Source of the DNA: an uncultured Oscillospiraceae bacterium
GTDB taxonomy: Bacteria; Bacillota; Clostridia; Oscillospirales; CAG-382
Assembly (NCBI GenBank): GCA_964646725.1
Contig: CAZYFX010000001.1
Coordinates: 1-45,365 of the forward strand
DNA length: 45,365 nucleotides
Direction of reading: 5' to 3'
Part shown: piece after piece, positions 40,769 through 45,365 of the stretch
Layout of the letters: the number at the start of each line of letters is the position of its first letter
Position numbering within the stretch: position 1 is the stretch's first letter
Translations under genes and position numbers: made by a program
Notes under the pieces: model-generated
What the model saw: the letters and a program-made list of their open reading frames with translations, nothing else
What the model was told of the DNA's origin: nothing
The model's database searches: none

Positions 40769-40978
40769 AACGATTTTCCTCCTCGTATGACGTTTGCGGT
40801 GTTTCATCTTAATTGTACCGCCTTCGTTCTGTTTTTTCTACAACTTTTTCACTCAAGTAAGTCAACTTTTTCACGCGCTTTGCTTCGAAAAAGCCGTAAC
40901 CGATTGACAAGCGGCGGAAAATGTGCTATACTTTTACAAAATGAGAGCTTCCTTAACGATTCCGAACGGAGACACGGC

Positions 40979-42568
40979 ATGAGCAAACGCACGAAAAAAA
41001 CGCGCGGAGACAATGAGCTTTGGCGCAAAAGCAGACGAGGTTTTTTTCATATTTTATTCGGCCGAACCACAGTGATTCTACTGCTGTTGGTTTTGCAGTT
41101 TGCGGCGCTGTTCTGCGCGTTCGCCTATTTCGAGCGCTATCTGTCGGTCGCCTACGGAAGCTTGACGTTACTTTCGATTTTCATGGCGCTTACCGTCACA
41201 AGCACACGCATCCATCCCACCATCAAGCTGTCATGGATCGTGTTGATCTTTGCTCTGCCGGTGTTCGGTTCGCTGTTGTATCTGTTCGTGGAAAAGGATA
41301 TCGGACATGCCTTCATGCACCGCCGTCTCGAACGGATTCTTGACGAAACAAGCGTTTTTGCGCACTCCGACCCGACTCTGCTCGAAGAAATCAAGGAGCG
41401 GTGTCCCTCACTTTCGGGCATGGCGCACTATGCCGACAAGCTTGCCGGTTATCCGGTCTGCCGCAACGGAGACGGCCGGTATTTTTCGGACGCCGAGGAT
41501 TTTTGGCTCGACCTGTTAAAGGAACTCGAAACGGCCGAACACTTCATCTTTCTCGAATATTTCATCATCGACGAAGGCGAAATGTGGGGACGCATTCTCG
41601 AAATCTTAAAACGCAAGGCCGCCGAGGGCGTGGAGGTGCGTGTCCTGTACGACGGAACCTGCGCCGTGACGCTTCTTCCCTACGGATATCCGAAGAAGTT
41701 AGCGGCCATGGGCATACGCTGTCGCATGTTCGCACCGCTTCGTCCGTTCGTCTCGACGCATTACAACAACCGCGACCATCGAAAGATCGCCGTCATTGAC
41801 GGAAGGATCGCCTACACGGGCGGAACAAATTTAGCCGACGAATACATCAACCGCAAGGAGCGCTTCGGGCATTGGAAGGACTGTGCGGTACGCATGCGGG
41901 GCGAGGCGGTACGCAGCTTCACGCTCATGTTTTTGCAGATGTGGAACGCCGCCGGGAAAACGACGGATACGGAAAACTATGAGAGTTATCTTTCCGTATC
42001 GACGAACGTCGAACCGAGCGACGGCTATGTAATTCCCTACGCAGACAGTCCGCTCGACGGCGAAAAGGTGGGCGAAACGGTATATATGGATATCATCGCC
42101 ACGGCCGAGCGCTACGTTTATATCATGACGCCTTACCTGATCTTAGACAACGAAATGACCACGGCGATTCGAAATGCCGCCAAGCGCGGCGTGGAGGTGC
42201 GCATTATCCTGCCGCATATTCCCGACCATAAGATCGCCTTTGCATTGGCGCGTTCGCATTACGGCGAACTGCTCCCGAGCGGTGTGCGGATATACGAATA
42301 CACGCCCGGCTTTGTGCATTCCAAGCTGTTTGTCAGCGACGACCGCAAAGCGGTGGTCGGAACGGTCAATTTGGACTACCGAAGCCTGTATCTGCATTTT
42401 GAATGCGCCGCCTATTTTTGCGATACACCGCTTACCGCCGATGTGCTCGACGATTTCGAAAAAACCTTTCCCGTTTGTCATGAGATACAGCCGACGGAAT
42501 TAAAGAAAAAAACGCCCGTTCGACGGCTGTACGACGGATTTCTCAAGCTGCTTGCTCCGCTCATGTAG
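40979..42568 (+). CDS. cls: Cardiolipin synthase
   Basis: Start chosen at MSKRTKKTR (GGAGA RBS). Two N-terminal TM helices. Two PLD HKD motifs (HRKIAVIDG and HSKLFVSDD). Confidence 0.9.
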   Translation: MSKRTKKTRGDNELWRKSRRGFFHILFGRTTVILLLLVLQFAALFCAFAYFERYLSVAYGSLTLLSIFMALTVTSTRIHPTIKLSWIVLIFALPVFGSLLYLFVEKDIGHAFMHRRLERILDETSVFAHSDPTLLEEIKERCPSLSGMAHYADKLAGYPVCRNGDGRYFSDAEDFWLDLLKELETAEHFIFLEYFIIDEGEMWGRILEILKRKAAEGVEVRVLYDGTCAVTLLPYGYPKKLAAMGIRCRMFAPLRPFVSTHYNNRDHRKIAVIDGRIAYTGGTNLADEYINRKERFGHWKDCAVRMRGEAVRSFTLMFLQMWNAAGKTTDTENYESYLSVSTNVEPSDGYVIPYADSPLDGEKVGETVYMDIIATAERYVYIMTPYLILDNEMTTAIRNAAKRGVEVRIILPHIPDHKIAFALARSHYGELLPSGVRIYEYTPGFVHSKLFVSDDRKAVVGTVNLDYRSLYLHFECAAYFCDTPLTADVLDDFEKTFPVCHEIQPTELKKKTPVRRLYDGFLKLLAPLM

Positions 42569-42600
42569 ACGGCCGTTCCAAACGATTCGGAGAAATGAAT

Positions 42601-43173
42601 ATGCCAAAATACGAAGCCGATTCTTTACAGGCCGGCTATTGCGAATACCTAACCCCGACCGACGCGACACCGACAATTCGCCTTGCGCGTGTCGGGATCG
42701 TCGCATCCGCCGTTGTTCTCACGCTTGCCATGCTCGTTTTGACGTTGAATACCATCCCCGCCGTCAGCTTTATGCTCGGCGTGATCTTCGCGTTCTGTGC
42801 GTGGTTTGCCTTTCAGTTCACCAAGATCGAATACGAATACACGGTCGCGACCGGTGTGTTCGAGCTTTCCAAAATATACGGTGCGCGGATGCGCAAAAAG
42901 GTGACGGAGTTCAAGACGTCCGAAATCGTTTCGGTCTTTCCGACCGAACGTCTGGCGGAATATGCCGATCGGGCGGATGTTCTGTACACCTGCCGCAAAA
43001 ACGACCCGTATGCCGTCGGACTTCTGTACACCGTCGGTTCCGCTCATCATGTTTTGGTGCTGTCCGCGCCCGACAAAACAATCAAGTGTCTGAAGCATTA
43101 CCGCCGCAGTGCCTTTGATGCCGCCGTACTCTCAAACGCAAAAACGAACGACGGGGACAAGGAGAGCCTATGA
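42601..43173 (+). CDS. Hypothetical two-TM membrane protein
   Basis: GGAGA RBS 7 nt upstream of the ATG at 42601. Two hydrophobic helices (VGIVASAVVLTLAMLVLTL, VSFMLGVIFAFCAWFAFQF). Its stop codon overlaps the next gene's start (ATGA at 43170-43173). Confidence 0.65.
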   Translation: MPKYEADSLQAGYCEYLTPTDATPTIRLARVGIVASAVVLTLAMLVLTLNTIPAVSFMLGVIFAFCAWFAFQFTKIEYEYTVATGVFELSKIYGARMRKKVTEFKTSEIVSVFPTERLAEYADRADVLYTCRKNDPYAVGLLYTVGSAHHVLVLSAPDKTIKCLKHYRRSAFDAAVLSNAKTNDGDKESL

Positions 43174-43970
43174 TCATCGATTTTCACACACACGCCTTTC
43201 CCGATACGCTTGCGCCGCGCGCCATGGAAAAGTTAGCCGCCGCCTGCGGTCTTACACCGCAACATGACGGCTCGACGTGTTCGCTTTTGAAGCTCATGGA
43301 TGTCTGCGGCGCAGAGCGCTCGGTCGTGCTGTCCATCGCCACAAACGCGCACCAGGAGCCGTCGGTCAACCGCTTTGCCGTCGGGCTTCTTTCCGAAAAG
43401 CGGCTCATCCCCTTCGGCTCGGTCTTTCCCGGCTCGGAAACATGGGAAGAACAGCTTCGCTTTTTATCCGAAAGCGGCATAAAGGGCATCAAGCTGCATC
43501 CCGAATATCAGAATTTCGATTTGGACAGCGACAAGGCTCTTCCCATCTACGCGCTTTGCGGCGAACTGGGGCTGATCGTTTCCTTCCATTCCGGGCACGA
43601 CGCCGCTTTCGACACGCCCATCCGCACCGGCCCCCGACGCATCAACCGCGTATGCGCGATGTTTCCGCAAACGACCTTTATCGCCGCGCATTTCGGCGGC
43701 TACGATCTGTGGGAAGAAACAGCCGATGAATTAAACTTTCACGAGAATCTGTATCTCGATACCTCCATGACGCGCACGGCGGCCAAGGCACAGCCGACAA
43801 CGCTTCGCAGACTGGTCGGAAAACACGGAGTCGAGCATATTCTGTTCGGAAGCGACGCGCCGTGGGAAAATCCGCGCGATTCGCTTGAGGGACTTAGGTC
43901 GTTGGAGCTTTCCGAAGCAAGCATGAGAAAAATTTTATGCGAAAACGCCATTCGACTGTTAAAACTGTAA
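43170..43970 (+). CDS. Amidohydrolase-family (metal-dependent TIM-barrel hydrolase) protein
   Basis: MIIDFHTHAFPD N-terminus, HPEYQ and later AAHFGG / GSDAPW motifs. Confidence 0.85.
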   Translation: MIIDFHTHAFPDTLAPRAMEKLAAACGLTPQHDGSTCSLLKLMDVCGAERSVVLSIATNAHQEPSVNRFAVGLLSEKRLIPFGSVFPGSETWEEQLRFLSESGIKGIKLHPEYQNFDLDSDKALPIYALCGELGLIVSFHSGHDAAFDTPIRTGPRRINRVCAMFPQTTFIAAHFGGYDLWEETADELNFHENLYLDTSMTRTAAKAQPTTLRRLVGKHGVEHILFGSDAPWENPRDSLEGLRSLELSEASMRKILCENAIRLLKL

Positions 43971-44073
43971 AAAGCCGCGTGTTTACGAATTGTTTCTTGC
44001 AAAACGAACGCATACGGTTTATAATAACAAAAGAAATCATTTATCACCATATACAACGAAAGGAATCCGAACC

Positions 44074-44340
44074 ATGAAAGCAGTTATTACCGTTACCGCC
44101 AAGGACGCCAAGGGCATCATTGCCAAGGTCAGCACCCGATGCAGTGAATACGGCGCGAATATTGTCGATATCTCACAGTCGGTCGTGGGCGAATATTTTG
44201 CCATGATCATGCTGGTAGCCTTCGATGAGGGTGTAAACTTCGGCGAATTTGTGGATGCCATGAACACGCTCGGCAAAGAAAACAATCTTATTATCCAGGC
44301 CATGCATGAAGATATTTTCAACTCCATGCACCGCATATAA
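44074..44340 (+). CDS. ACT-domain protein (UPF0237 family)
   Basis: AAAGGAA RBS. MKAVITVTAKDAKGIIAKVSTRCSEYGANIVDISQSVVGEYFAMIMLV is the typical small ACT protein found upstream of UPF0210 genes. Confidence 0.85.
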   Translation: MKAVITVTAKDAKGIIAKVSTRCSEYGANIVDISQSVVGEYFAMIMLVAFDEGVNFGEFVDAMNTLGKENNLIIQAMHEDIFNSMHRI

Positions 44341-44358
44341 CGACAGGACGGGCTTGCT

Positions 44359-45365
44359 ATGATCAACATAAAAGATATCATGGAAACCATCAATATGATC
44401 CGTGAGGAGCATTTGGACGTTCGCACCATCACCATGGGCATTTCGCTTTTGGACTGTGCGTCGAGCACGGCCGATGAGACTTGCGAAAAAATCTATGCCA
44501 AAATCACCGATTACGCCAAGAATCTGGTCAAAACCGGCGAGGACATCGAAAAGGAATACGGCATTCCGATCATCCATAAGCGCATTTCCGTGACCCCCAT
44601 TTCTCAGGTCGGCGGTCTTATCACCAAAGACGATTACATTTTGGCGGCCAAAACGCTCGACCGTGCCGGAAAAGCGGTCGGGGTAAACTTCATCGGCGGC
44701 TTTTCGGCACTCGTGCAAAAGGGCATGACCAAGAAGGAGCTTGCGTTTTTCGACGCGGTGCCCGAGGCATTGGCCTGCACCGACATCGTGTGCTCCAGCG
44801 TCAATGTCGGCTCGACACGCTGCGGTATCGATGTGGACGCCATCAACAAATGCGGCTCGATCATCAAGAAGCTTGCCTTTTTGACCAAGGACGACTGTTC
44901 GATCGGCTGTGCGAAATTCGTCGTATTCGCCAATGCACCGGAGGACAACCCCTTTATGGCGGGAGCATTCCACGGCGTGGGCGAACCGGAATGTGAGATC
45001 AACGTGGGCGTATCCGGCCCGGGTGTGGTGCGCAGTGCGGTGGAACGTGCGGGAGATTGCTCGTTCTCGGAACTCGCCGATGTGATCAAAAAGACGGCAT
45101 TCAAGGTCACGCGCATGGGACAGATGGTCGCGTGCCTGGCTTCGGAGCGTTTGGGCGTACCCTTCGGCATCGTGGATCTGTCGCTTGCTCCGACACCGGC
45201 GATCGGCGATTCGGTCGCGCACATTCTGGAAGCCATGGGGCTTGAAAAATGCGGCACGCACGGCACGACGGCGGCCCTTGCCATGCTCAACGACGCGGTG
45301 AAAAAGGGCGGCGCGATGGCGTCCTCCCATGTCGGCGGGCTTTCGGGCGCGTTCATCCCCGTGTC
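44359..45365 (+). CDS. UPF0210/DUF711 ('PFL-like') family protein, 3' end outside the window
   Basis: Not in the supplied ORF track because it has no stop codon in the window. My own translation from the ATG at 44359 gives [33 protein letters not shown]...[16 protein letters not shown]...[20 protein letters not shown]...GLSGAFIPV, open to the last base. Confidence 0.85.
   Translation, partial: MINIKDIMETINMIREEHLDVRTITMGISLLDCASSTADETCEKIYAKITDYAKNLVKTGEDIEKEYGIPIIHKRISVTPISQVGGLITKDDYILAAKTLDRAGKAVGVNFIGGFSALVQKGMTKKELAFFDAVPEALACTDIVCSSVNVGSTRCGIDVDAINKCGSIIKKLAFLTKDDCSIGCAKFVVFANAPEDNPFMAGAFHGVGEPECEINVGVSGPGVVRSAVERAGDCSFSELADVIKKTAFKVTRMGQMVACLASERLGVPFGIVDLSLAPTPAIGDSVAHILEAMGLEKCGTHGTTAALAMLNDAVKKGGAMASSHVGGLSGAFIPV

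Noticed and set aside
44173-45356. 385-aa and 240-aa minus-strand ORFs
   Set aside because: Both are antisense to the UPF0210 reading frame, which carries clear family motifs and follows the ACT gene. I treat them as frame shadows.

Overview
This is a GC-rich chromosomal window that looks Firmicutes/Clostridia-like. Supporting signs are strong GGAGG-type RBSs, sigma-A type promoters, SLH-domain wall proteins, TepA and an ACT/UPF0210 pair; I cannot name a species from the sequence alone.

Contents in order:
(1) The 3' end of a GH99/WbsX-like gene, a divergent DUF3863-like gene, and a TAXI-type TRAP transporter operon (receptor, DUF1850, fused permease).
(2) An AT-richer stretch (~6.6-16.5 kb). 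It holds an orphan gene and a tightly packed minus-strand operon: a 43-aa ORF, a 569-aa LRR/B-repeat/cohesin protein, a 430-aa SLH-cohesin anchor and a 1649-aa cohesin-dockerin giant surface protein. A divergent XRE regulator and a 26-bp palindrome flank it.
(3) Housekeeping genes: an esterase-lactonase fusion, pfkA, a tepA-like gene and a CNNM/CorC-family gene.
(4) A cobalamin riboswitch driving a single 1499-aa secreted protein that ends in a DUF4430 (transcobalamin-beta-like) module and three SLH repeats.
(5) A ~13-kb island of signal-peptide-less carbohydrate and sugar-acid enzymes with an AraC regulator and no transporter: GH99/WbsX-like, enolase-superfamily dehydratase, GH16, two SDRs, a GH42-like protein, GH10-like, GH13 and RraA-like.
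(6) Cardiolipin synthase, a small membrane protein, an amidohydrolase, an ACT-domain protein and a 3'-truncated UPF0210 gene that is missing from the ORF track.

I saw no rRNA, tRNA, CRISPR array, transposase or integrase.

The two most interesting loci are the enzyme-free cohesin-dockerin/SLH surface-assembly operon and the B12-riboswitch-controlled, S-layer-anchored putative corrinoid-capture protein. All family assignments come from reading motifs by eye and need HMM or structure confirmation.
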